DNA from: Candidatus Eiseniibacteriota bacterium
Lineage (GTDB): Bacteria; Eisenbacteria; RBG-16-71-46; JABDJR01; JAWXBZ01
NCBI GenBank assembly: GCA_034440375.1
Contig: JAWXBZ010000020.1
Coordinates: 1-41,116, forward strand
Reading direction: 5' to 3'
Length of the DNA: 41,116 nucleotides
The first letter of the stretch is position 1; each line of letters starts with the position of its first letter. Position numbers and translations under genes: made by a program. The notes below the pieces were generated by a model. That model saw only the letters and a list, made by a program, of their open reading frames with translations. It searched no databases and was not told the origin of the DNA. Below are positions 1 through 9,809 of this stretch, piece by piece.

Positions 1-148
1 CCAGGCGCGACCGATGTTCCACCGGCAGGTGAGCCAGGAGGCCCCGGTCGGCAACGATCTCCTCGAGCAATTCGGTGGCCGCGCGGATCCGCTCGAGTTG
101 CGCCGCGTCGGGTGCGGCCGCAGGTAAGGCATCAGGGTGAGTGGGCAT
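1..148 (-). CDS. 5' part of a gene running off the window, probably an SDR-family oxidoreductase with N-terminal helical extension
   Basis: Read manually: ATG at 148, MPTHPDALPAAAPDAAQLERIRAATELLEEIVADRGLLAHLPVEHRSRL..., open to the edge; family recalled from N-terminal resemblance only. Confidence 0.5.
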   Translation of the reverse strand, partial: MPTHPDALPAAAPDAAQLERIRAATELLEEIVADRGLLAHLPVEHRSRL

Positions 149-617
149 GGGACACACGGTAGTGGAGCGGCCGGGCAGGCTCAAGGGGCCGGCGCTGTGT
201 GCGAGCGGGAGAAAGCCGCGGGGCAGCCCCCAACCGAAGGGGAGGGATCGCGATGAGAAGTCTCGTGAAGGGTTCCACCGTGTCCTTGTCCTGCCACCAC
301 CACCGCACTCCGTCGCCGGTTCATCCCCGCGCGCATCAGTGGTGCGTCCACGAATTCCGGTACGGGCCAGGAATCGGGCGAGAGTCGGCTACGAAGAAAC
401 AAATCCCAGAGCAGCCATCCGTCTTGAGTGTGGTTGCGCAGGGAGACAGATGCAGGATGTAGCACTCCAAGCGCCGCTGGCCAGAGATCTGGGCACTTAG
501 ATTGAAATGACTGATGGGCGGGCTTCCTCCCACTCCAGACCGAGAATCTCTCCCATAAGCTTCCGAGTTGATTCCGGCTCACGGGCAAGAACGGCGTCCG
601 TGGTCCACAAACCCCGA

Positions 618-655
618 TAATCACGCTTGACGTTAATCACGTATGGCGTTACTAT
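618..655 (+). promoter_or_regulatory. sigma70-type promoter of higBA overlapped by a repeated candidate operator
   Basis: TTGACG (627-632), 17 bp, TACTAT (650-655); two copies of TAATCACG-N5-CGTTA with 16-bp period (618-635, 634-651). Confidence 0.75.
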
Positions 656-661
656 TGGCGC

Positions 662-940
662 GTGATCGTGTCATTCAAATGCGCCGACACGGGGGCGCTC
701 GCAAATGGCCACCGCGTGAAGCGGTTCGTGAACATTGAGGTCGTTGCCCGGCGCAAGCTACGTCAGATACAGATCGCGAACCGGTTGGATGACCTTCGTG
801 TACCGCCGGGCAACCGCTTGGAGGCACTCAAAGGGGACCGAGCCGGGCGATACAGCATCCGCGTGAACGACCAATTCCGGGTGTGCTTCCGCTGGACAGC
901 CACCGGCGCCGAGGACGTCGAGATCGTGGATTATCATTGA
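662..940 (+). CDS. higB: HigB/RelE-family toxin (plasmid maintenance killer type)
   Basis: 92 aa; DLRVPPGNRLEALKGDRAGRYSIRVNDQFRVCFRW...VEIVDYH signature; GTG start. Confidence 0.93.
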   Translation: MIVSFKCADTGALANGHRVKRFVNIEVVARRKLRQIQIANRLDDLRVPPGNRLEALKGDRAGRYSIRVNDQFRVCFRWTATGAEDVEIVDYH

Positions 941-951
941 GGAGAGAAATT

Positions 952-1266
952 ATGACCAAACTGAAGCCCGTGACACCGGGTGAACTGCTGCTCGAAGAGT
1001 TCCTCAAGCCAATGGGAATCTCGCAGTACCGCCTCGCAAAGGAGATCGGTGTTCCTGCCCAGCGCATTGGCGAAATCGTTGCCGGCACGCGCGCCGTGAC
1101 GGCGGACACCGACCTGCGCCTTTGCCGTTTCCTTGGCCTTTCCAACGGCTACTGGCTGCGGGCACAGGTGGCTCATGACACCGAAGTGGCGGAAAGGTCT
1201 CTTGCCAAGGCGCTCGCAAAAATCAAACCGTGGAGTGGATCCCCGACAGACGGTCCGAACCCATGA
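952..1266 (+). CDS. higA: HigA antitoxin, HTH addiction module antidote
   Basis: MTKLKPVTPGELLLEEFLKPMGISQYRLAKEIGVP...TADTDLRLCRFLG; RBS GAGGAG upstream of ATG 952. Confidence 0.93.
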   Translation: MTKLKPVTPGELLLEEFLKPMGISQYRLAKEIGVPAQRIGEIVAGTRAVTADTDLRLCRFLGLSNGYWLRAQVAHDTEVAERSLAKALAKIKPWSGSPTDGPNP

Positions 1267-1431
1267 CAGGAGGAAACAGAATGGATCGCTCGGTCGGCGT
1301 CGTGCCGGGGCTGGCCGCGAGGTAGGAGCGAGGTCAACGCCATCACCAGTTCCTGTCCACACCACCCCGTTTTGATTACAATCCGGACGCTCCGGGGCTG
1401 CCGGGCGGTGTCATGAGGGGGAAAACCGAAC

Positions 1432-3111
1432 ATGAGTCCGGAACGCGAGGTCCTTGAAGTCGATGTCCTCTTCGTCGGTGCCGGTCCCGCCGGCCTGGCA
1501 GGGGCGCTTCACCTGGCCAATCTCGTCGAACGGGAGAAGGCGGCCGGGCGGCTTCCGGCCGAGGGACTCGAGATTGCGGTCATTGAGAAGGCAGCCGAGG
1601 TCGGCATGCACAGCCTCTCGGGTGCCGTCCTCGACCCACGGGGAATCCGTGAACTGATCCCCGACTTCGAGGCCGAAGGAGCGCCGATCGAGAGCCTCGT
1701 GACCGGCGACGAATTCTACTTCCTGACCGAAAGCGGCAAGCTGAAGCCGCCGATCAATCCCCCGCCTCTCCAGAATCATGGCAACTACGTCATCTCACTC
1801 GGCAACCTGACGAAGTGGATGGCCGGCCGTGCCGAGGAAAAAGGCGTGTACATCTTCACCGGCTTTCCCGGCGCGGAACTGCTCTACGAAGGCAACACCG
1901 TCAACGGCGTCCGGACCGGTGACAAGGGCATCGACAGGAACGGCCAGCCGAAATCGAACTACGCCCCCGGCACCGACATTCGCGCCAGGGTGACCATCCT
2001 GTGCGAGGGGGCCCGCGGCTCACTGACCAAGCAGCTAATTCATCGGCACCACCTCGAACCGAAGGATCACCCCCAGGTTTACACAACCGGTGTCAAGGAA
2101 ATCTGGGAGATGCCGGAGGGGCGCGTCACCGCCGGTCGGGTCATCCACACACTTGGATTCCCGCTCCCGACGGACACGTTCGGTGGCGGGTTCATCTATG
2201 GAATGGGGCGCAATCGCTGGGCGGTGGGCTTCGTGACCGGACTCGACTACCGGAACCCGTTCACCGATCCGCATCACGAGATGCAGAAGTACAAGACGCA
2301 CCCGCTGGTCCGATCCCTCCTTTCGGGAGGAAAGATGGTGGCCTACGGCGCCAAGGCCATCCCCGAGGGAGGCTGGTACGCCATGCCGAGGCCCGTTGTC
2401 GATGGCGCCATGATCTGCGGGGATGCGGGCGGTTTCCTCAACGCACAACGGTTGAAGGGCATCCACCTGGCGATGAAATCGGGGATGCTTGCCGCGGAAA
2501 CCGCGCTCGAGGCTGTTCAGAAGAAGGATGTCAGTGAAAAGGTGCTCTCAGCCTACCGCAACCGGATCAACGCCTCGTTCATCAAGACGGAACTCTGGGG
2601 GGTTCGCAACTTCCATCAACCGTACCAGAAGGGTCTCCTGACCGGCCTCTTCCATACAGGCCTGCAGATGGTGACCGGCGGCCGCGGCCTCATCGACCCC
2701 TACCCCTCGGTGGCCGGGCACGAACGAATGGAGACGATCCAGAAATATTTCGACCGTCCCGATGCCAGGCCCGAGAGAATCAAATTCGACGGCAAGCTGA
2801 CGTTTGACAAACTTTCCGACGTGTACCTGTCCGGCACGACCCACGAGGAAAACCAGCCGTGCCATCTCAAGGTGGCCGACTTGAACATCTGCGCCACCAG
2901 ATGCGTCAAGGAGTACGGCAATCCCTGTGAGCACTTCTGCCCCGCCGCGGTCTACGAGCCGATCAAGCGCGAGGACGGATCGCTCGAACGGCTCCAGATC
3001 AACTTTTCCAACTGCGTCCATTGCAAGACATGCGACATCGCCGATCCGTACCAGATCATCACCTGGGTGACACCCGAAGGCGGCGACGGGCCGAACTACC
3101 AGAACCTGTGA
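1432..3111 (+). CDS. electron transfer flavoprotein-quinone oxidoreductase (ETF-QO)
   Basis: GAGPAGL FAD motif, HSLSGA, AKAIPEGG, KGIHLAMKSG, C-terminal CPAAVYE...NCVHCKTCDI [4Fe-4S] motif. Confidence 0.95.
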   Translation: MSPEREVLEVDVLFVGAGPAGLAGALHLANLVEREKAAGRLPAEGLEIAVIEKAAEVGMHSLSGAVLDPRGIRELIPDFEAEGAPIESLVTGDEFYFLTESGKLKPPINPPPLQNHGNYVISLGNLTKWMAGRAEEKGVYIFTGFPGAELLYEGNTVNGVRTGDKGIDRNGQPKSNYAPGTDIRARVTILCEGARGSLTKQLIHRHHLEPKDHPQVYTTGVKEIWEMPEGRVTAGRVIHTLGFPLPTDTFGGGFIYGMGRNRWAVGFVTGLDYRNPFTDPHHEMQKYKTHPLVRSLLSGGKMVAYGAKAIPEGGWYAMPRPVVDGAMICGDAGGFLNAQRLKGIHLAMKSGMLAAETALEAVQKKDVSEKVLSAYRNRINASFIKTELWGVRNFHQPYQKGLLTGLFHTGLQMVTGGRGLIDPYPSVAGHERMETIQKYFDRPDARPERIKFDGKLTFDKLSDVYLSGTTHEENQPCHLKVADLNICATRCVKEYGNPCEHFCPAAVYEPIKREDGSLERLQINFSNCVHCKTCDIADPYQIITWVTPEGGDGPNYQNL

Positions 3112-4796
3112 GGCGTTCCACGCGACCACGGCTGCCGGGCCTTCTGAGAGAACGACGGGGCGGGCGGCTCGGTGCGATGATCGTGGCCCTTCTGCTGATC
3201 GCAGCCGGGCTCACCGAAGGCGCCTTCGCCGCAAAGGATGGCCGAAAGTACTTCGGCAGCATCCGCCCGCCGACGAAGAACATCCTCAGCTACAGCAATG
3301 GCGCCGAGCCGGAGATGGTCGATCCCGGCCTGTCGGTGGGGCAACCGGATGGCAACATCTGCCGCCTGCAGTGGGAAGGGCTCACCATTGAGCACGCGAA
3401 GACGCTCGAGCCGTTGCCAGGCATGGCCGAACGATGGGAGCTGAGTGCGGACGGCCTCACCTACACGTTTCATCTACGACAGGCGCGCTGGAGCGATGGA
3501 AACCCGGTCACCGCTCTTGATTTCCTCTACGCCTGGCGGCGGGTCCTGACCGCGGCCAATACCGCCCGCTACGCCGGCATCTTCTACTACATCCGGAATG
3601 CCGAGGGCTTTCACAAGGGATTGATCACCGACCCGGACCAGATCGGCATTCAGGCGCCGGACGATTCGACGTTGATCGTCACTTTGAACAACCCGACGCC
3701 CTACTTCCTCAGCCTGACATCGTTTTACAGCTTCATGCCGGTGCCGCGCTGGTGCGTCGAGAAATTTGGCGTCCGCTGGAGCCGACCGGAGAACGTGGTG
3801 GTGAACGGGCCTTTTCGATGCACAAGCTGGAAACCGAACAACCGGTTTCTCTTTGACAAGAATCCGACCTACTGGGACCAGGCGAACGTGAAGCTCGACG
3901 GCATCGTGGCCTATTCCATCGACGATCTGAATACCATCCTCAATCTGTACAAGGCCGGCACGACGGACTGGAATCCGAGCGGCTACCTGCCGGCCCAGTA
4001 CCTCCCCTACGTCAAGGACATGGCCGACTTCCGCACCGCCCCCTATCTTGGCGTCTACTTCTACTCGTTCAACGTGACCAACGAGGTGATGAAGAACAAG
4101 TGGCTGCGGAAGGCCCTGGCCTGGTCGATCGACCGCGAGGCGATCTGCCGGCAGCTCTTCAAGGGGATGAGGATTCCGCATGCCAACTTCGTCGCCCAGG
4201 GCTTCGAGGGATATCCGTATCCAAAGGTCATCGGTTTCGACCCCGCCTACGCCCGGGAGTGCCTCGCGAAGGCGGGTTATCCGGACGGGAAAGGGTTGGC
4301 CGGGCTCGAGCTGATGTTCAACACCAGCGAGGACCACCGAAAGCTGGCCGAGATCGTCCAGGCCATGTGGAAGGATCATCTGAAAATCAACGTGGCCCTG
4401 TCGAACCAGGAGTGGGGGTCGTACCTCCGGAACACCACCGGACTGAACTACCAGGTGGCCCGCCGTTCGTGGATCGGCGATTACGCCGATCCGGCCACGT
4501 TTCTGGACTGCATGAAGACCGGCGACGGCAACAACCGGACCGGCTGGTCCAGCCCCGAATACGATGCCCTGCTGGCCGAGGCCGGCCGGACTTTCGATCC
4601 CGTGGCGCGCTACGAAATCCTGGCCAGGGCCGAAACCCTCCTCCTGGACGAGTGTCCGGTCATCCCGATCTACAACTACACGTTGACGGAGATGATCAAG
4701 CCTTATGTGCGCGGCATCGAGGCCAACCTGACCAACACCAACAACCTCAAGTTTGCCTGGATCGATCGAAACTGGTCCCGGGACGCCGCACCATGA
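3108..4796 (+). CDS. oppA: oligopeptide ABC transporter substrate-binding protein
   Basis: SBP family 5 motifs (NGAEPEMVDP, YTFHLRQARWSDGNPVTALDF, NGPF, WIGDYADP); GTG start overlaps ETF-QO stop (alternative ATG 3177); signal peptide. Confidence 0.9.
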   Translation: MRRSTRPRLPGLLRERRGGRLGAMIVALLLIAAGLTEGAFAAKDGRKYFGSIRPPTKNILSYSNGAEPEMVDPGLSVGQPDGNICRLQWEGLTIEHAKTLEPLPGMAERWELSADGLTYTFHLRQARWSDGNPVTALDFLYAWRRVLTAANTARYAGIFYYIRNAEGFHKGLITDPDQIGIQAPDDSTLIVTLNNPTPYFLSLTSFYSFMPVPRWCVEKFGVRWSRPENVVVNGPFRCTSWKPNNRFLFDKNPTYWDQANVKLDGIVAYSIDDLNTILNLYKAGTTDWNPSGYLPAQYLPYVKDMADFRTAPYLGVYFYSFNVTNEVMKNKWLRKALAWSIDREAICRQLFKGMRIPHANFVAQGFEGYPYPKVIGFDPAYARECLAKAGYPDGKGLAGLELMFNTSEDHRKLAEIVQAMWKDHLKINVALSNQEWGSYLRNTTGLNYQVARRSWIGDYADPATFLDCMKTGDGNNRTGWSSPEYDALLAEAGRTFDPVARYEILARAETLLLDECPVIPIYNYTLTEMIKPYVRGIEANLTNTNNLKFAWIDRNWSRDAAP

Positions 4797-5710
4797 TTCG
4801 ATTCATCCTGAAGCGGCTCCTCTGGATGATCCCCACGCTGTGGGTCGTGGCCACGATCACTTTTTTCCTGATGCGCGCGGCGCCGGGCGGACCGTTCCAG
4901 GCGGAACGGGAGATTCCGGCCGACATCAAGGCCAATCTCGAACGAAAGTACGGACTCGACCGGCCGGTCGGCGAGCAATATCTGCGATTCCTCGGCAACG
5001 CGGTGCGTCTCGACTTCGGCCCCTCGTACAAGAACCCCGGGCGGAGCGTACGCGAGATCATCGCGTCGGGATTTCCGGTGTCGCTGGAACTGGGGGCCTG
5101 GTCGCTGCTGTTCGCACTCACGCTTGGCATTCCCATCGGCGTGCTGGCGGCGTTGAACCAGAACAAACCGATCGATCACCTGTCGATGGGAGCGGCACTG
5201 CTCGGCGTGTCCATTCCCGATTTCGTTCTGGGGCCGCTTCTCATTTTCGTTTTCTCGCTCAGCCTCTACTGGCTGCCACCGGCCCTCTGGGACGGGCCGG
5301 CCAACAAGATCCTGCCGATCATCACGCTTGGCTCGGTATACGTGGCCTACATCGCCCGGCTGACCCGTAGCGGCATGCTCGAGATCGTCCGCCAGGACTT
5401 CATCCGCACCGCCCGGGCCAAGGGGCTGTCCGAATCGCTGATTGTCTGGCGCCATGCACTGCGCGGGGGCCTCCTGCCGGTCGTGTCCTTCCTTGGCCCT
5501 GCGGCGGCACGCATCATCACCGGTGCCGTGGTCATCGAGAAGATCTTCGCCATCCCCGGCCTCGGCCGTTCGTTCGTGGACGGCGCTTTCAACCGCGATT
5601 ACACGCTGGTCATGGGCGTTGTTCTGTTCTATGCCTCCTTCCTGATTCTCTTCAATCTGATTGTTGATGTGGCCTACGGGCTCCTCGATCCGCGGGTACG
5701 TCTGACATGA
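4793..5710 (+). CDS. oppB: oligopeptide ABC transporter permease
   Basis: MIRFILKRLL...APGGPF, DFIRTARAKGL, EKIFAIPGLG, DPRV; ATGA overlap. Confidence 0.93.
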   Translation: MIRFILKRLLWMIPTLWVVATITFFLMRAAPGGPFQAEREIPADIKANLERKYGLDRPVGEQYLRFLGNAVRLDFGPSYKNPGRSVREIIASGFPVSLELGAWSLLFALTLGIPIGVLAALNQNKPIDHLSMGAALLGVSIPDFVLGPLLIFVFSLSLYWLPPALWDGPANKILPIITLGSVYVAYIARLTRSGMLEIVRQDFIRTARAKGLSESLIVWRHALRGGLLPVVSFLGPAAARIITGAVVIEKIFAIPGLGRSFVDGAFNRDYTLVMGVVLFYASFLILFNLIVDVAYGLLDPRVRLT

Positions 5711-6591
5711 ACGTGACGGCGGCCACAGCAAGGATCGAATCGGGCGCCAGCCTCTGGAGCGATGCCTGGCGTCGGCTGAGAAAGAACCGGATGGCCGTGG
5801 TCTCCGGTTTCGTCCTGCTCGTCATTGCGTTCCTGACCGTGTCAGCGCCGATCCTGCCGGGTGTCTCCGATCCCAATCGGCAGGACCTGGAACTGGGCGC
5901 CGTTCCGCCTGGCAGCGGACACGTCATGGGCACCGACATCCTGGGCCGCGATCTTCTGGCGCGCGTCCTGCACGGCGGGCGAATCAGCCTCCTCGTCGGC
6001 CTGGTGGCCACGATGGTGTCGTTCCTGATCGGCGTGACCTGGGGCGCCGTGGCCGGCTACTTCGGCGGGCGTCTCGACAATGCCATGATGCGATTCGTCG
6101 ATGTGTTGTACAGCCTTCCCTACATGTTCCTGGTCATCCTGCTGCTGGTCTTTTTCAGCCGAAGCGTCCTGATGCTCTTCGTGGCGCTTGGCGCTGTCCA
6201 GTGGTTGACGATGGCCCGCATCGTCCGCGGCCAGGTCCTCTCCCTCAAGAACCAGGAGTTCGTGGAGGCGGCGCGCGCCATCGGGGTAAGCCACGCCGGG
6301 ATCATCTACCGGCACCTCATCCCGAATGCCCTGGGGCCTATCATCGTGTACGCCACGCTGACCGTGCCGGCTGTCATGCTGCAGGAGGCATTTCTGTCAT
6401 TCCTCGGCCTCGGTGTCCAGCCGCCCGATGCGTCCTGGGGGGTGCTTGTCAACGAGGGAGCCACCGTCATGGGGCTCTTTCCCTGGCTCGTCATCTTTCC
6501 GGGCGTCGCGCTGGCGCTGACGCTTTTCTGTCTCAACTTCCTGGGTGACGGCCTGCGCGACGCGCTGGATCCGCATTTGCGGAAGGACTGA
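5707..6591 (+). CDS. oppC: oligopeptide ABC transporter permease
   Basis: GTDILGRDLLAR, EFVEAARAIG, FLSFLGLG, NFLGDGLRDALDP. Confidence 0.93.
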   Translation: MNVTAATARIESGASLWSDAWRRLRKNRMAVVSGFVLLVIAFLTVSAPILPGVSDPNRQDLELGAVPPGSGHVMGTDILGRDLLARVLHGGRISLLVGLVATMVSFLIGVTWGAVAGYFGGRLDNAMMRFVDVLYSLPYMFLVILLLVFFSRSVLMLFVALGAVQWLTMARIVRGQVLSLKNQEFVEAARAIGVSHAGIIYRHLIPNALGPIIVYATLTVPAVMLQEAFLSFLGLGVQPPDASWGVLVNEGATVMGLFPWLVIFPGVALALTLFCLNFLGDGLRDALDPHLRKD

Positions 6592-7622
6592 TGGGGACCG
6601 AACCGCTTCTTGAAATCAGGAACCTGGCCACCGTCTTCCGCACCGACGGCGGTGTCGTCCGAGCTGTCGACGGCGTCAGCCTGACACTGGCACCGGGTGA
6701 AACGCTTGGCCTGGTCGGCGAGAGCGGCAGCGGCAAGAGTGTCACGAACCTGTCGATCTTGAGATTGATTCCTGACCCGCCGGGCCGGATCGAGCGGGGA
6801 GAGGTTCTCCTTCGTGGAGTCGACCTACTCAAGTTAAGCGACAATGAGATGCGAAAGGTCCGCGGCCGTCGCGTGGCGATGGTTTTCCAGGACCCGATGT
6901 CCTCGCTGAATCCGTTTCTCAGGGTCAGTCGGCAGATGACGGAAGTCCTGGAGATCCACGAAGGCGTGTCCGGTGGCGAAGCACGACGCCGGGCACTGGA
7001 GATGCTGACGAAGGTCGGCATTCCCGACCCGACCCGCCGCTTCGATGACCATCCCCACCAGTTTTCCGGCGGCATGCGACAGCGGGTGATGATTGCGATG
7101 GCCCTCCTCTGCCGGCCGGAGCTGCTCCTGGCCGACGAGCCGACGACGGCGCTGGATGTGACGGTCCAGGCGCAGATTCTCGACCTGATCCGCGGACTGA
7201 CCCGCGATCTTGGCACGTCGGTGATCCTGGTCACGCACGACCTGGGCGTGGTGGCCGGCATGGCCCAGCGGGTGGCGGTCATGTACGCCGGCCGGATCGT
7301 CGAACTGGCATCGGTCGATCGGCTCTTCGATGACGCGCGTCATCCCTACACGATCGGTCTGCTTCGCTCCCTGCCGGGGCGTCGCCCAGCCGGAGCGGCA
7401 GCCGGCGGTCGCCTCGCCTCGATTCCCGGACGTCCCCCCGATCTGGCGCGGCTGGCCGAGGGATGCCCGTTTGAGCCGCGCTGTCCGTGGGCGCATGACC
7501 GATGCCGGAAGGAACGGCCACCACTGCGCGATGTTGCAATGGGCCAACAATCAGCCTGCTGGCTCGACGACCCCGCTCGCGCGACGCCGACCAGGCCGCA
7601 CCTCTGGGAGGCCGGCACGTGA
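6591..7622 (+). CDS. oppD: oligopeptide ABC transporter ATP-binding protein
   Basis: [35 protein letters not shown] Cys tail. Confidence 0.93.
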   Translation: MGTEPLLEIRNLATVFRTDGGVVRAVDGVSLTLAPGETLGLVGESGSGKSVTNLSILRLIPDPPGRIERGEVLLRGVDLLKLSDNEMRKVRGRRVAMVFQDPMSSLNPFLRVSRQMTEVLEIHEGVSGGEARRRALEMLTKVGIPDPTRRFDDHPHQFSGGMRQRVMIAMALLCRPELLLADEPTTALDVTVQAQILDLIRGLTRDLGTSVILVTHDLGVVAGMAQRVAVMYAGRIVELASVDRLFDDARHPYTIGLLRSLPGRRPAGAAAGGRLASIPGRPPDLARLAEGCPFEPRCPWAHDRCRKERPPLRDVAMGQQSACWLDDPARATPTRPHLWEAGT

Positions 7623-8713
7623 GCACCCGCCCGAAGGTAACAGCCGAACCGATCCTCTCCCTGCGCGATCTGGCCATGCATTTTCCGGCCGGCGGCGGCG
7701 GACTCTTCGGCGGGCCGCGCCGCCTGATCCGCGCGCTTGACGGCGTCGACCTGGACATCGCGCGCGGCGAGACGCTCGGGCTGGTGGGTGAAAGCGGCTC
7801 CGGCAAATCAACGCTCGGTCGTTGCCTCGTGCGCCTGTATCAACCCACGCGCGGCAAGATTCTCTTCGAAGGGGAAGACCTGGCCGCGATGAACGGCGAA
7901 AAACTGCGGAAGCGTCGGCAACGCCTGCAGATGATCTTCCAGGACCCGTACGCCAGCCTGAATCCTCGCATGACTGTGGAAGACATCGTGGCCGAGCCGA
8001 TCCGCGTGCATCGCCTGGCCAGGGGCGCCGACATCCGCGAACGCGTCAAGGAATTGATGGAGATGGTCGGACTCGATCCCCGCTTCATCCGCCGCTATCC
8101 CCACGAATTCTCCGGTGGACAGCGTCAGCGCGTGGGAATCGCCCGGGCGCTGGCCACCCAGCCCACGTTCATCGTGGCCGACGAACCGATCTCGGCGCTT
8201 GACGTCTCCATCCAGGCCCAGATCCTCAATCTCCTGGCGGACCTCAAGGAGCGGCTCCACCTGACCACCCTCTTCATCAGCCACGACCTCTCGGCCATCC
8301 GCCATGTTTCCGACAGGGTGGCCGTGCTTTACCTGGGACGCCTGGCCGAAATAGGACCGGCCGCGCTCATCGATTCCGACCCGCGCCATCCCTATACCGT
8401 GGCGCTACTTTCCGCCGCGCCACGTCCCGACCCACGCGCCGCACATCGCCCGATCCTTCTTGCTGGTGATCCCCCAAGCCCTTTGACCCCGCCATCCGGA
8501 TGTCGCTTTCATCCCCGCTGCCCGCTGGCCGTAGAACGATGCCGCGTGGAGGAGCCATTGCTGCGGGAACTTGAGGGTGATGACAAGCGCCTCGTCGCCT
8601 GCCATCTCGCTGAGGAGGTGTCTCACCTCATGGGAATGGTTGGAAGAGTTGAGGTAAGTGGTCAACACTTGAGTCGACTCACGCTTCCCTCCAATGCCTC
8701 TGACGTCCATTGA
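7619..8713 (+). CDS. oppF: oligopeptide ABC transporter ATP-binding protein
   Basis: GTG start overlapping oppD stop; [38 protein letters not shown]. Confidence 0.92.
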   Translation: MSTRPKVTAEPILSLRDLAMHFPAGGGGLFGGPRRLIRALDGVDLDIARGETLGLVGESGSGKSTLGRCLVRLYQPTRGKILFEGEDLAAMNGEKLRKRRQRLQMIFQDPYASLNPRMTVEDIVAEPIRVHRLARGADIRERVKELMEMVGLDPRFIRRYPHEFSGGQRQRVGIARALATQPTFIVADEPISALDVSIQAQILNLLADLKERLHLTTLFISHDLSAIRHVSDRVAVLYLGRLAEIGPAALIDSDPRHPYTVALLSAAPRPDPRAAHRPILLAGDPPSPLTPPSGCRFHPRCPLAVERCRVEEPLLRELEGDDKRLVACHLAEEVSHLMGMVGRVEVSGQHLSRLTLPSNASDVH

Positions 8714-8803
8714 CGGACCACTGACTTGACGCCTTACAGCTCTCACGCACCAGCACCCAGGAGCTGTCATCTTTCCCTTGATTCAAAACTCCGGACTGAA
8801 ACT

Positions 8804-8954
8804 TCAGCCCAGGAGCTCGATGAATTCGTTGGTGTTCAGCGCGGACGAGAACCATGTGGCTTCCCTTCTGGCGTGTGAGGGCGAAACCGATACGCGCGAC
8901 GGCCTTCCTGAATTCCTGGCCTGAAATGTCACGGGGGAGCTTTTCCGGCGTCAC
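8804..8954 (-). pseudogene. hicA: HicA toxin with internal frameshifting deletion
   Basis: N-half MTPEKLPRDISGQEFRKAVARIGFALTRQKGSHMVLVR; a HicA-like C-terminus LNTNEFIELLG* lies in another frame at 8839-8804; the central VPxH...GTL segment is missing. Confidence 0.8.
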
Positions 8955-9187
8955 GTGCCGTACTCAAGCTCCGGAATTTCGAGGAACTGGGTCTCGGTCC
9001 TGACTTCGCGCGGAAGCTCCTCCCCGCGGGCGCGGAGTTCATCCAGATAGACCGCAATGGCTTCGCGGGCGTTCTGGAGGGCCTCGTCCCGACTCTCCCC
9101 CTGTGAGAAACAGCCGGGAAGCGCGGGAACGCTCACGACGATTCCCCCCTCTTCCTCAGTCTCCAGGACAATGGTGTAACCGACCAT
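8951..9187 (-). CDS. hicB: short HicB-family antitoxin without DNA-binding domain
   Basis: YTIVLETEEEGGIVVSVPALPGCFSQGESRDEALQNAREAI; overlaps hicA start. Confidence 0.9.
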   Translation of the reverse strand: MVGYTIVLETEEEGGIVVSVPALPGCFSQGESRDEALQNAREAIAVYLDELRARGEELPREVRTETQFLEIPELEYGT

Positions 9188-9207
9188 TTGAAAATCCTTC
9201 AGATTCG

Positions 9208-9216
9208 ATCATAGCA
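9208..9216 (-). promoter_or_regulatory. extended -10 element for hicBA
   Basis: TGCTATGAT on minus strand, 20 nt upstream of hicB ATG; GAAGGA RBS-like sequence between. Confidence 0.5.
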
Positions 9217-9225
9217 ACCCGAAAT

Positions 9226-9786
9226 CTACCGCCGCACAAAGAAAATCAAGAAAACCACGATCAGCCCCACCAGCCCCGTCCAATAAAAAAGCCTGAGCGT
9301 TTCCGTCCATTCCGGGTCGCCGGCCACGCCGATGCGGGCGGCCAGCTTGCGCGGGAAAAAGAGGAGCCACTCGATCCAGAAGAAAGGATTGAGCACCCGA
9401 ATCGCCCGGAGGCCGTACAATTGAATGGCGCGGGACATGGTGGAGCGGGCCCGCAGCATCCCCTGGGGGTGCTCGGACAGCCAGTGCTCCAGGCTCTCGA
9501 GCGCGTAGATGTTCAGCTTGGTGGCCCGTCCGCCGGCCGCGGGATCCGGCCCGTCTTCGTACTGGCCCGATTCGTAGATGAGGGTCTGGACCTGTCGGCG
9601 CTGGCTGCGGAGCCATTTTTCCCACGCGGAGGTCCGCTTTTCCGCCACTGCCCGGTGATAGTCATCGAGTCCCAGGCGCACCGTGAACAGGTAAGCCGCC
9701 CGCCAGGAGAACCAGGCGAAGCGGATCGTGGCCACCACCAGCCACGCAGCAGCAAGGAGTTGTAGCGGTTGCATCGGGATCAACAT
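9226..9786 (-). CDS. hypothetical membrane protein
   Basis: 186 aa with hydrophobic N- and C-terminal segments; NPFFWIEWLLFFP motif; true start may be ATG 9774 because TATAAT (9790-9785) overlaps the first ATG. Confidence 0.7.
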   Translation of the reverse strand: MLIPMQPLQLLAAAWLVVATIRFAWFSWRAAYLFTVRLGLDDYHRAVAEKRTSAWEKWLRSQRRQVQTLIYESGQYEDGPDPAAGGRATKLNIYALESLEHWLSEHPQGMLRARSTMSRAIQLYGLRAIRVLNPFFWIEWLLFFPRKLAARIGVAGDPEWTETLRLFYWTGLVGLIVVFLIFFVRR

Positions 9787-9809
9787 TATAGCCGCGACGA
9801 GGTCCGGGC

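Noticed and set aside
150-617. Several 65-147 aa ORFs upstream of higB
   Set aside because: No recognisable motifs or consistent coding signal; possibly a decayed remnant but unsupported
8679-8803. C-terminal part of the 91-aa HicA ORF
   Set aside because: Frameshift read-through; the HicA-like terminus ends at 8804 in another frame
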